Positions 55,859 to 64,000 of a DNA stretch of 64,000 bases are shown piece after piece (the first letter of the stretch is position 1; each line of letters opens with the position of its first letter). The position numbers and the translations under genes were made by a program. The DNA is from Calditrichota bacterium. GTDB taxonomy: Bacteria; Electryoneota; B3-LCP. The notes beneath the pieces were generated by a model. That model ran no database searches. It saw only the letters and a list, made by a program, of their open reading frames with translations, and was not told where the DNA came from. The stretch covers positions 15,235-79,234 of the forward strand of contig JAGVQJ010000069.1 of NCBI GenBank assembly GCA_020051775.1, written 5' to 3'.

Positions 55859-57427
55859 ATGAAACCCACAATAATCCTTCAATTTTGGAGAGGTCTACTA
55901 CTCAACGCACTGCTCGTCGTAATTTTAAGTCTCACCTCTTCGGTCGCTCTGGCTCGTGTTTGGCACGTTAGAGCCGACGCTCCACCGAATGGAAACGGTT
56001 CCCCTGAATCACCTTTCACCATGATATCCTCGGCGACTTATGCCGCTCTGGCCGGCGACACCGTTCTGGTTCACGGAGGAACCTACTACGAAACTGTGAA
56101 ATCCTACAATTCCGGCGAGGCCGATCCCGGAGGCGCGATCCGGTATATCTATTTTCTCGCCGCCGGCGATGGCCCTTCCATTATCAAAGCACAAGAGAGC
56201 TTTTGCTTCCTGGTGGATACCTCCGACGATTATATCTGGATCGAAGGCTTCTACCTGACCCAATCCTACCCCACTTCCACCGCGCATGGGGCCGCAGTGC
56301 GCACCTTCGGCAGCCACGGCGTCATCATCAACAATCGCATTTACGACAACGACGTTGGCGTCTTTTGTGAAGGCAACGGTGGCTACGCGGAATTCAACAA
56401 TAATCGCAGCAATTACATCGCGCATAACGTCATCAGCAATTCGCGTGAAGCCGGAGTGAGGTTGAAACACTCCTCGGAAAATGACGTGGTCTTCAACCTG
56501 TTTTATGACAACGGCCGCGAAGAGACTTGTGGAGCGGTCACCTACTATTGCGGCACGGGTAATCGCGTTATCAACAACACTTTCTGGAACAATCGCGGCC
56601 CGGCCGTAAGCGTTTACAATGGCACCGCTTCAGATTCCTGTATGGCCTCGGCCTTTTCCGACGTGCGCGACAACATCTTCGCGCGGCCTGATCCCGGCTT
56701 GTTATTGCAAGTACAGGAAAAAACTGCGCAGGACAGCACCAGTACGTACTCCTATAATCTCTTCTGGGCGCCGGATTCTGGGGCAGGGCTGGTTGACTGG
56801 GGATCGAATGAATGGGGGCAGGGAGGATCGTCCTGGAACTTGAATCAGTACAAATACTACGCTGGTCAGATTAATCCGCTTAACAGCGTTGGAGTGGTTT
56901 TTGCCGATCCTGAATTCGTCAACCCTGGGACGTACCAGTTGGAACTACAGCCCTTCAGCCCGGCGGTGGATGCCGGATCGCGACCAGCCGACCAGGCGCC
57001 TTACCGGAATCCAGTGCTGACGCCGTTGCTTAATCCCCCGGATGCCATGTACGCCTCGCAATTAACCGCTGTAGCCAACCAGATGCTGGATATAGTCGTG
57101 GTGGATCTCGGCTATCACCACTCGCCCAATCAATACTCGATCAATCCGCTGCTGGTTAACCAGTTGGAGATGAATATTTTCCCCAATCCTTACAACGGGA
57201 ATGGAGAACTGGCCTTCGTTCTGCCTAATGTCGCTTATGCGCGTTCAATTCATGGTGCGATATTCAATTTACAAGGTCGCATCGTCCAGCGGTTCACCAT
57301 GCCGGATGCGCCTCTTAACGTTTTCAAACTCCACTGGGACACCCGCTTTCTGTCCAGCGGCAATTACTTCTTCGTGATGAATGTGGATGGGCACGTTTTA
57401 CGCCAAAAAATCATGCTGGTAAAATAA
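55859..57427 (+). CDS. Secreted beta-helix-like protein with T9SS C-terminal domain
   Basis: Start at ATG 55859 (AGGAGG RBS). Signal peptide. C-terminal IFPNPYNGNGELAFVL...KIMLVK. Confidence 0.65.
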   Translation: MKPTIILQFWRGLLLNALLVVILSLTSSVALARVWHVRADAPPNGNGSPESPFTMISSATYAALAGDTVLVHGGTYYETVKSYNSGEADPGGAIRYIYFLAAGDGPSIIKAQESFCFLVDTSDDYIWIEGFYLTQSYPTSTAHGAAVRTFGSHGVIINNRIYDNDVGVFCEGNGGYAEFNNNRSNYIAHNVISNSREAGVRLKHSSENDVVFNLFYDNGREETCGAVTYYCGTGNRVINNTFWNNRGPAVSVYNGTASDSCMASAFSDVRDNIFARPDPGLLLQVQEKTAQDSTSTYSYNLFWAPDSGAGLVDWGSNEWGQGGSSWNLNQYKYYAGQINPLNSVGVVFADPEFVNPGTYQLELQPFSPAVDAGSRPADQAPYRNPVLTPLLNPPDAMYASQLTAVANQMLDIVVVDLGYHHSPNQYSINPLLVNQLEMNIFPNPYNGNGELAFVLPNVAYARSIHGAIFNLQGRIVQRFTMPDAPLNVFKLHWDTRFLSSGNYFFVMNVDGHVLRQKIMLVK

Positions 57428-57521
57428 AACATCGCTGGAGACCCCCTATCCTTTCACATACCAGCGCGAGAAGTTGTGATTTGGCTTGACAACTCGATCG
57501 GAATTATATATATTTAATAGT

Positions 57522-57715
57522 AAGTCGTCTACGGGGCGGGGTGAAAGACCCCACCGGCGGTGAAAGCCCGCGAGTCTGCTACTTCCTGGTCACCCTTTAT
57601 AATGGGCGATGGGGGATCAATACAATCATCATTTTCCCCTTTTGTAAAGGATCTGGCAGACAGAGCCGGTGTAATTCCGGCGCCGACGGTTATAGTCCGG
57701 ATGAGAGCAGACGGC
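57522..57715 (+). promoter_or_regulatory. FMN riboswitch (RFN element) aptamer
   Basis: CGGGGCGGGGTGAAAGACCCCACCGGCGGTGAAAGCCCGCGAG ... GCCGGTGTAATTCCGGCGCCGACGGTTATAGTCCGGATGAGAGCAGACGG match conserved RFN blocks. Sits upstream of ribD. Confidence 0.8.
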
Positions 57716-57751
57716 CATGGGACAGTTACGTTCCCACGATGGATAATTACG

Positions 57752-57780
57752 CCCCGAAGACAGCCTCTTCGGGTTTTTTT
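57752..57780 (+). terminator. Riboswitch expression-platform terminator (attenuator)
   Basis: ccgaagacagcctcttcgg followed by T7, 12 nt before the ribD start. Confidence 0.7.
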
Positions 57781-57791
57781 GTGAGTGCTCG

Positions 57792-58919
57792 GTGACGGAA
57801 GACGTTCGCTTTATGAAAATGGCGCTCCGATTGGCGCGACGCGGCTTGGGAACCACCAGCCCCAATCCTCGTGTCGGAGCGGTTTTAATGCGCGGTGGCA
57901 AGATCCTTTCGCGCGGTTTTCATCGCGCCTTCGGCGAGCCTCATGCCGAAGTGGATGCCTTGAGCAAGCTGCCTCTCCGGGCTGCCGAAGGAGCCACGCT
58001 GTACGTCAACCTGGAACCTTGCTGTCATCATGGTAAGACCCCGCCCTGCACCGAGGCGATCACCAGAGCGGGTGTTCAACGTGTTGTGTACGGCCTCGCC
58101 GATCCCAATCCTCAGGTCAATAAACAGGGATTGGATCAGTTGACCAAAGCGGGGGTGAAGGTTCACGGGCCTGTTTTGGAATCGGACTGTCGAGAGATCA
58201 ATCGCGGTTATTTGAAACATCGTCAGACCGGGCTTCCCTGGGTGACCCTTAAATGGGCTCAGAGTCTGGACGGGCGCATCGCAACGTTCACCGGAGATTC
58301 ACGCTGGATTAGCGGTCCGGAGAGCTTGAAATTAGCCCACGTCTTGCGCGCCGAACACGACGCTGTGCTGGCGGGGATCAACACCGTTTTAACCGATGAT
58401 CCGCAACTGACCGTGCGTCATATCCGCGGCCATCACCCCACTCGCGTGATCCTGGATTCGGCCTTACGTTTCCCGACCAAAGCGGCCATGCTGACTGATG
58501 GGAAAGCCCGCATCCTGATAGCCACAAGTCAAAGTGCCCCCGAAGATAAGATTCGAGCGCTGAAGATTCTCGGCGCGGAAGTATTGACTGTTCCCGGCGA
58601 AAGAGGACAACTGGATTTGAACGCTTTGTTGAAGGAACTGGGCCAACGTGGGATTTTGTATCTTCTGGTGGAGGGTGGCTCAAAAGTAATCGCTTCTTTC
58701 ATTCAGCAGGGGCTTTTCGACGAAATCGTGTGTATCATAGCGCCAAGTTTAATCGGCGCTGACGGCATTGCCAGCACCGGGGCTTTTGCCGTCGCGCGAA
58801 TGGATAATGTGGTGAAATTGCAAACCGTCCAGAGGAAAGCCTTTGGTCGAGATATAGTAGTCTGGCTAAGACCTCAATTGAGAACTACCAACGACCAACG
58901 ACTATGTTCACCGGCCTGA
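57792..58919 (+). CDS. ribD: Bifunctional riboflavin biosynthesis protein RibD (deaminase/reductase)
   Basis: 375 aa. HAEVDAL and PCCHHGKTPPC deaminase zinc motifs; C-terminal RibD reductase domain. GTG start at 57792 or ATG at 57813. Confidence 0.9.
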   Translation: MTEDVRFMKMALRLARRGLGTTSPNPRVGAVLMRGGKILSRGFHRAFGEPHAEVDALSKLPLRAAEGATLYVNLEPCCHHGKTPPCTEAITRAGVQRVVYGLADPNPQVNKQGLDQLTKAGVKVHGPVLESDCREINRGYLKHRQTGLPWVTLKWAQSLDGRIATFTGDSRWISGPESLKLAHVLRAEHDAVLAGINTVLTDDPQLTVRHIRGHHPTRVILDSALRFPTKAAMLTDGKARILIATSQSAPEDKIRALKILGAEVLTVPGERGQLDLNALLKELGQRGILYLLVEGGSKVIASFIQQGLFDEIVCIIAPSLIGADGIASTGAFAVARMDNVVKLQTVQRKAFGRDIVVWLRPQLRTTNDQRLCSPA

Positions 58920-59536
58920 TCGAAACCATCGGTGTGATTAAATCCGCACGCACGCTGTCCGAAGGCAAGTCGTATGCCATCACCGCTCGCTTCGAAGGTG
59001 AGAATCTCCGGGTGGGGGAGAGCATCGCAGTGGATGGAATATGTTTGACGGTCGAAAGTTACACTGATAATGGTTTCAGTTGCACCGCCTCCGCCGAAAC
59101 CCAGAGGCGAGGAACATTGGAGGCTAAAAAAGTTGGCGAAAAGGTGCACCTGGAAAGAGCGCTGCGTTTGGGCGACCGATTGGGCGGCCACTTGGTGCAA
59201 GGTCATGTTGATGGCATAGGGATAGTGCGCCAACTCATTCCGCGAGGCGTCGGGGTTGATTTGGTGATTGAAATACCCGAAAACCTTCAAGCTTATGTAG
59301 TCGAAAAAGGTTCGCTGGCGGTGCAGGGCGTCAGCCTCACAGTGGCGAAAATGGAAACGGGATTGGCGACCATCGCCGTCATCCCGGAAACCTTGCGGCG
59401 GACTTACCTGGCGAAATTGCGAGTCGGTAGCCACGTAAATCTGGAAGTGGATGTATTGGCTAAGTATGTGGAATCCCTCCTGAGCCGTAATACTGGTATT
59501 GATGCGGAGAAATTACGGAATTGGGGTTTTGATTAG
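58904..59536 (+). CDS. ribE: Riboflavin synthase
   Basis: 210 aa beginning [12 protein letters not shown], with the duplicated lumazine-binding repeat. Confidence 0.85.
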   Translation: MFTGLIETIGVIKSARTLSEGKSYAITARFEGENLRVGESIAVDGICLTVESYTDNGFSCTASAETQRRGTLEAKKVGEKVHLERALRLGDRLGGHLVQGHVDGIGIVRQLIPRGVGVDLVIEIPENLQAYVVEKGSLAVQGVSLTVAKMETGLATIAVIPETLRRTYLAKLRVGSHVNLEVDVLAKYVESLLSRNTGIDAEKLRNWGFD

Positions 59537-59564
59537 GAATGACTCACTAACTCATGGACATATC

Positions 59565-60815
59565 ATGGATGATATCGAAAAAGTTTCCAGTTTGAATTCC
59601 ATAGAGGAAGCCCTGAACGACTATCGGCAGGGAAAGATCATGATTGTGGTAGACGATGAAGATCGCGAAAACGAAGGCGACTTCATCATGGCAGCCCAGA
59701 AAGTGACTCCTGAGGCCATTAACTTCATGACAAAACATGGCCGCGGCATGGTCTGTCTGCCGATGACGGGTAAACGCGCGGACGAACTCGGTCTGGATTT
59801 GATGGTGGACAAGAATACCGCCCTACACGGCACCTCGTTCACCGTCAGCATAGACGCGGTAAAGAACACGACTACGGGCATTTCTGCGCATGACCGCGCC
59901 ATCACCATCCAGACGTGCGTCAACCCCGATTCCAAGCCTGATGAATTGGCTCGTCCCGGTCACATTTTCCCCTTAAGAGCGGCCGAAGGCGGCGTCCTGA
60001 AGCGTGCCGGACACACTGAAGCCGTGGTGGATTTAGCGCGTCTGTCAGACCTGGCTCCTATGGGCGTCCTGTGCGAAATCATGAGCGATGACGGGTCCAT
60101 GGCGCGCCTTCCGGAACTGCTGAAAATCTCCAAGCGCTTTGACTTGAAAATCATCTCCATCAAGGATCTGATCGAGTTCCGCCAGCGAACCGAATGCTTC
60201 GTCGAACGACTCGTCAGTGTGGATTTTCCCACGGCATACGGACATTTTCGCCTGATACAGTACCGCAATTGCCTGGACAACAACAGCCATTTGGCTATAC
60301 TGAAAGGCAAGATCAAGCCTGACGAAGCGGTGCTGGTGCGAGTTCATTCTCAATGTATGACCGGCGACATCTTCGGATCCATGCGTTGCGATTGCGGCCA
60401 GCAATTGGAACGGGCACTGGAAATGATCGAGCGAGAGGGCTGCGGCGTCTTGCTCTATATGAATCAGGAAGGTCGCGGCATCGGTCTGGACAATAAACTC
60501 CTGGCCTATAAACTACAGGATGAAGGCCACGATACAGTCGAGGCGAATTTGGCCTTGGGCTTTAAACCTGATCTGCGCGATTACGGTATCGGCGCCCAGA
60601 TACTTTACGATCTGGGAGTACGTCGCATTCGCCTGCTGACCAACAACCCTCGCAAAGTCATCGGTCTTCAGGGTTATCATTTGGACATCATAGAAAGAGT
60701 TCCCATCGAGATTCCCCCCAACGCCGTCAATACTCGATACTTGCGGACCAAGAAAGAGAAAATGGGCCATATGATCATGGCCGCTGCACCGGTTCTACCC
60801 AAGGAGAAATCATGA
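59565..60815 (+). CDS. ribBA: Bifunctional 3,4-dihydroxy-2-butanone-4-phosphate synthase / GTP cyclohydrolase II
   Basis: Start at ATG 59565 (MDDIEKV). DHBP synthase motifs (RENEGD, HTEA) and GTP cyclohydrolase II CxxGxxxxSxRCDCG (SMRCDCG). Confidence 0.9.
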   Translation: MDDIEKVSSLNSIEEALNDYRQGKIMIVVDDEDRENEGDFIMAAQKVTPEAINFMTKHGRGMVCLPMTGKRADELGLDLMVDKNTALHGTSFTVSIDAVKNTTTGISAHDRAITIQTCVNPDSKPDELARPGHIFPLRAAEGGVLKRAGHTEAVVDLARLSDLAPMGVLCEIMSDDGSMARLPELLKISKRFDLKIISIKDLIEFRQRTECFVERLVSVDFPTAYGHFRLIQYRNCLDNNSHLAILKGKIKPDEAVLVRVHSQCMTGDIFGSMRCDCGQQLERALEMIEREGCGVLLYMNQEGRGIGLDNKLLAYKLQDEGHDTVEANLALGFKPDLRDYGIGAQILYDLGVRRIRLLTNNPRKVIGLQGYHLDIIERVPIEIPPNAVNTRYLRTKKEKMGHMIMAAAPVLPKEKS

Positions 60816-61315
60816 GTCCCAAAGCTGCTCCCGACGCCACCGCTACAACGGAAATCCGTACCGTTCAGGGTCATCTGGAAGCGAGAGGGCGTAAATTTGC
60901 CCTGATCGTTTCACGATTCAACGAATTGATTTCGCGAAAATTACTGGATGGCGCAATTGATTGTTTGCTTCGACACGGCGCCACTTCGGAAGATCTAACA
61001 GTGATTTGGGTTCCCGGATCATTCGAGATTCCGGTCACCGCCGCGCGACTGGCAGCCGGCAAGAAATTTCAGGCGATCATCTGCCTGGGCGCTGTGATTC
61101 GCGGGGGTACGCCGCATTTCGATTACATCGCCGCGGAGGTCACCAAAGGTATCGCTCAGGCCGGCCTGCAAAACCTGCTTCCGGTCTCTTTTGGAGTGCT
61201 AACCACCGATACCCTCGAGCAAGCGCTGGAACGAGCCGGCACTAAAGCGGGTAATAAAGGGTGGGACGCCGCAATTTCGGCGCTTGAAATGTCTGACCTC
61301 TGGGAGAAGCTTTAA
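60812..61315 (+). CDS. ribH: 6,7-dimethyl-8-ribityllumazine synthase
   Basis: 167 aa. ...[12 protein letters not shown]...VPGSFEIP... Confidence 0.85.
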   Translation: MSPKAAPDATATTEIRTVQGHLEARGRKFALIVSRFNELISRKLLDGAIDCLLRHGATSEDLTVIWVPGSFEIPVTAARLAAGKKFQAIICLGAVIRGGTPHFDYIAAEVTKGIAQAGLQNLLPVSFGVLTTDTLEQALERAGTKAGNKGWDAAISALEMSDLWEKL

Positions 61316-61318
61316 TCC

Positions 61319-63706
61319 ATGATGCGCCTCTACTCTTTATTACTGATCGCTTGCCTGATCCTGCCGGCGTCGGGATTCGGTGCTGCGGCGGACTGGGAAG
61401 TGTTCTTTTCACTGCATACAGTACGATCGTTAATCCGGGTTGGACCCGATCTGTGGGGAGCCAGCAACGGAGGTCTATTCAGATTCCATTTGCCGGACAA
61501 GACCTTCCAGACCTTCACCAACGCTGAGGGGCTGTCTTCCAATGATATCCGCGCCATGACGTTGGATGGGCGCGGGAATCTTGTTCTGGGCATGGGTAAT
61601 GCTTACGTGGACATGTTTAATCTGACGACTCACCAGGTGACGCACATCCCCGATTTTCGCTCCAATAGTCAGATTTTTCAAATCTATGCTCTGTACAATG
61701 ATCAAGGCACCATTTACGCCGGCACAGACTTGGGTGTCAGTCGCTTGACGTTTAATGCCGGCATAGGGCGGTATTTGATCCAAGGCAATTTTAATCACCT
61801 GATCCCGGAACATCCCGAAGTCCCAGTTAAAGCCATCTCTGTCTTCGATGGCGATCTTTGGGCCGGCACCAGCGAAGGCTTGGCCAGAGGCGATTTAAGC
61901 TCCTCCTACCTGGAATCGCCGGAAGCTTGGACAAATTTCACGACTGCCAACGGCCTTTCCGGCAACGACATCTCCGCCCTGGAAATTTTCCACGATACGC
62001 TGTATATCGCCGTGACCGGGGCGCCTTTCAGCCTGAATAAGATGTCTGGATCGAGTTTCATTAACCTGCAAGTGCCCAACGATGCGGGTATTTCTTTTTT
62101 GAAGGTTCATGCCGACACCTTGGTTCTGGGGCGTATCGGCGGTATCTACTGGCTGGAAAATGGGGCAATCTCAATCTATGGAACCGTGCAAGCGACGGGA
62201 TTAGCCGCCGAGTTCGATGAAGATGGGAGCATGTGGGGAGGTTTCCAGACTGAATGGAACTACCACGGCGGGCTGGCGCAGTATATGGGCAGTTCTGAAG
62301 GTTGGACCTTCTACCGCCCCGAGGGGCCCAGGTTCGAGCAGATCAGCGACATTTTAGTGGAAAACGATGGTTCGGTCTGGGTAACGGGACGCCAGGTCGC
62401 CCCGGAGAATTTCAATAATGGCGGATTAGCCCATTACGATGGCCGGCACTGGGTGAATCTGACTCGACCGGATGACATTCCGCTTTTCAATCCGGTCAGC
62501 AGCGACAGTTTATTTTGGGATGAAGGCAAATCTTTGACCAAGGATTTGGACGGGAATCTCTGGTTGGGCGTTTACGGTCGAGGCGTCGGTTGGTTTCGCT
62601 GGACGGGAGATACTATTCTGGCCAACGGATACTACGGAGCCGCCTCCGGTCGTTTGTGGGGCATTGACATCAGCGCGAATTACTGTGTGGTTCAGTCTCT
62701 GCTAACGGACACCCAGGGTAATATCTGGATCTGTAACAGCTTTGCTACGGGTGCGGGAGCCCAGCCTATTGCCATTGTCCCAGCCGATTTTATCCAAGAT
62801 ACTGCTGCTTTTCCCAACTGGGCCTATTTGACGCCGAAGTACTCCTCGGGTTCCACCATTGAAGATGGCAATCTGTGCGTGGATCGCATTTCACAGGACT
62901 CATTCGGAAACAAATGGTTCGGAGCGTACAACAACGCCGCCCCCTTAAACAATGACCACCTCACTTTGCGCGTTCTGGATGACAATGGCACACTATCGGA
63001 AAGTGACGACCACTGGTATGCGTTAACGAACCTGCCCTCTGACTCTGTGAGCGCCATGGCTCTAGATCGCGACGGTATCATGTGGGTAGGAACCTCGGCG
63101 GGAGTTCGCTACTATTACACCACCGCCAATCCCCAATTATTGATCGGATATAACTTGGTCATCCCTGTCAGCCAAAATGTTCGCACCATTGTTGTAGATC
63201 CACAGAATAATAAATGGTTCGGCACCACTGATGGCCTCAGCGTGCTGGGCGCTGACGACTATACCTGGCTGGCCAATTACACGACCATTGACGGCGACTT
63301 CCCCAGCCCTCTGCCCGGAAGCGTTGTCAATGCCATTGATTTCGATCCCAGCTCCGGCGACGCTTATATCGGCACCGATAAAGGTTTGGTGCGCCTGAAG
63401 ACTCCCTATCAGGCCACCGGTCCCAACGTCGTTTCGGTGAATCTCTGGCCTAACCCCTTTATCGTCGGCGAGGGCTTAACAGGCCGATTGAACTTCGATA
63501 TGATGGGCATGACCGGCGATACCAAAATCAAGATCTTCACAACTTCCGGACTGCTGGTGCGCCAGTTATCCACGACGGACGTCGGGTACGGTTGGGATGG
63601 GCGGAACGGCAGCGGTGATCTGGTTGCCTCCGGCGTCTACCTGCTTCTCGCTTACTCCTCCAACGGCAGCGCCCATACCGGCAAAGTTGCAGTAGTTCAC
63701 CAATAG
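61319..63706 (+). CDS. Secreted beta-propeller (two-component-regulator-propeller-like repeats) protein with T9SS C-terminal domain
   Basis: 795 aa. Signal peptide. Repeated ...GLSSNDIRAM / GLSGNDISAL ... GTDKGL modules. C-terminal sorting domain. Confidence 0.65.
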   Translation: MMRLYSLLLIACLILPASGFGAAADWEVFFSLHTVRSLIRVGPDLWGASNGGLFRFHLPDKTFQTFTNAEGLSSNDIRAMTLDGRGNLVLGMGNAYVDMFNLTTHQVTHIPDFRSNSQIFQIYALYNDQGTIYAGTDLGVSRLTFNAGIGRYLIQGNFNHLIPEHPEVPVKAISVFDGDLWAGTSEGLARGDLSSSYLESPEAWTNFTTANGLSGNDISALEIFHDTLYIAVTGAPFSLNKMSGSSFINLQVPNDAGISFLKVHADTLVLGRIGGIYWLENGAISIYGTVQATGLAAEFDEDGSMWGGFQTEWNYHGGLAQYMGSSEGWTFYRPEGPRFEQISDILVENDGSVWVTGRQVAPENFNNGGLAHYDGRHWVNLTRPDDIPLFNPVSSDSLFWDEGKSLTKDLDGNLWLGVYGRGVGWFRWTGDTILANGYYGAASGRLWGIDISANYCVVQSLLTDTQGNIWICNSFATGAGAQPIAIVPADFIQDTAAFPNWAYLTPKYSSGSTIEDGNLCVDRISQDSFGNKWFGAYNNAAPLNNDHLTLRVLDDNGTLSESDDHWYALTNLPSDSVSAMALDRDGIMWVGTSAGVRYYYTTANPQLLIGYNLVIPVSQNVRTIVVDPQNNKWFGTTDGLSVLGADDYTWLANYTTIDGDFPSPLPGSVVNAIDFDPSSGDAYIGTDKGLVRLKTPYQATGPNVVSVNLWPNPFIVGEGLTGRLNFDMMGMTGDTKIKIFTTSGLLVRQLSTTDVGYGWDGRNGSGDLVASGVYLLLAYSSNGSAHTGKVAVVHQ

Positions 63707-63745
63707 CTATGAAAAGGTTTCTGCGAGCGAAGCGAAGCAATCGCC

Positions 63746-64000
63746 ATGCTGCACAAGCTTAGGGTCGAAAACTACACGATTATGCCCCGGGCGGAGGTCG
63801 TTTTCTCATCGGGGCTAAATATCATCACCGGCGAAACCGGCGCCGGTAAATCCTTGCTCCTGGACGCGGTAGGCTTCCTTCTGGGGGAGAGGCGATCAGG
63901 ATATCCAATTCGCGCTGGAGCCGGTCGTGCCGTCATTGAGGCCGAATTTGTCGAAAATCTATCCAAATCTATTCCACTTTGGTTGGAAGAGAATGGCTTC
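63746..64000 (+). CDS. recN: DNA repair protein RecN (5' partial; continues beyond window)
   Basis: Not in track (no stop). Own translation from ATG 63746: MLHKLRVENYTIMPRAEVVFSSGLNIITGETGAGKSLLLDAVGFLLGERR..., the canonical RecN N-terminus with Walker A. Confidence 0.7.
   Translation, partial: MLHKLRVENYTIMPRAEVVFSSGLNIITGETGAGKSLLLDAVGFLLGERRSGYPIRAGAGRAVIEAEFVENLSKSIPLWLEENGF

Overview
This 64-kb window is from a GC-rich (~55-60% GC), probably uncultivated bacterium. Five secreted proteins end in a T9SS-type C-terminal sorting domain, which points to an FCB-group-like lineage (inference). About 60 protein-coding genes are tightly packed, mostly in long co-directional operons. Recognisable housekeeping content includes an MsbA-like ABC exporter, lgt, rsmI, nadE, plsC, SpoIID, a CPBP protease, ispB-like, tyrS, smpB, a sigma54 enhancer-binding protein next to a Ser/Thr kinase with PEGA domains, the start of recN, and a complete riboflavin operon (ribD-ribE-ribBA-ribH) preceded by an FMN riboswitch with a terminator-type expression platform.

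The most unusual region is a ~14.5-kb minus-strand supercluster (38.7-53.1 kb). It mixes three modules that normally belong to different enzymes:
- a group-3 [NiFe] hydrogenase (MvhA/G/D-like) with its maturation protease;
- heterodisulfide reductase HdrC, HdrB and HdrA;
- the NuoE/NuoF-like diaphorase pair (HydC/HydB) and the putative sensory HydS module ([FeFe]-hydrogenase-like protein plus DRTGG x2, histidine-kinase-like ATPase x2 and a PHP protein) of trimeric electron-bifurcating [FeFe] hydrogenases.

Within this cluster hdrA appears to be split inside its inserted-ferredoxin domain. The N-terminal half also carries an apparent single-base frameshift. The C-terminal half is fused to a HydA/NuoG-type N-terminal Fe-S relay domain. 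A sensory-hydrogenase cassette therefore seems to have been inserted into hdrA, wiring a NAD(P)H diaphorase to an Hdr/[NiFe] hydrogenase. The divergent promoter region upstream carries two perfect ATGTTA-N6-TAACAT palindromes.

Other observations worth a second look:
- a lone PduT-like tandem BMC-domain shell protein with no other microcompartment genes;
- a low-GC two-gene cassette (3.6-4.8 kb) and a low-GC ~2.4-kb TPR/WD40/Sel1 gene, both likely horizontal acquisitions;
- a phased array of GCACGGTT direct repeats between a sigma54-like promoter and a strong terminator (33.3-33.6 kb), a candidate ncRNA or iteron-like element;
- a pair of mutually inverted hairpins with a compensatory base-pair change (4.88-4.99 kb);
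- a duplicated T9SS C-terminal-domain DNA module.

All functional calls rest on motif recognition by eye; no database searches were possible.
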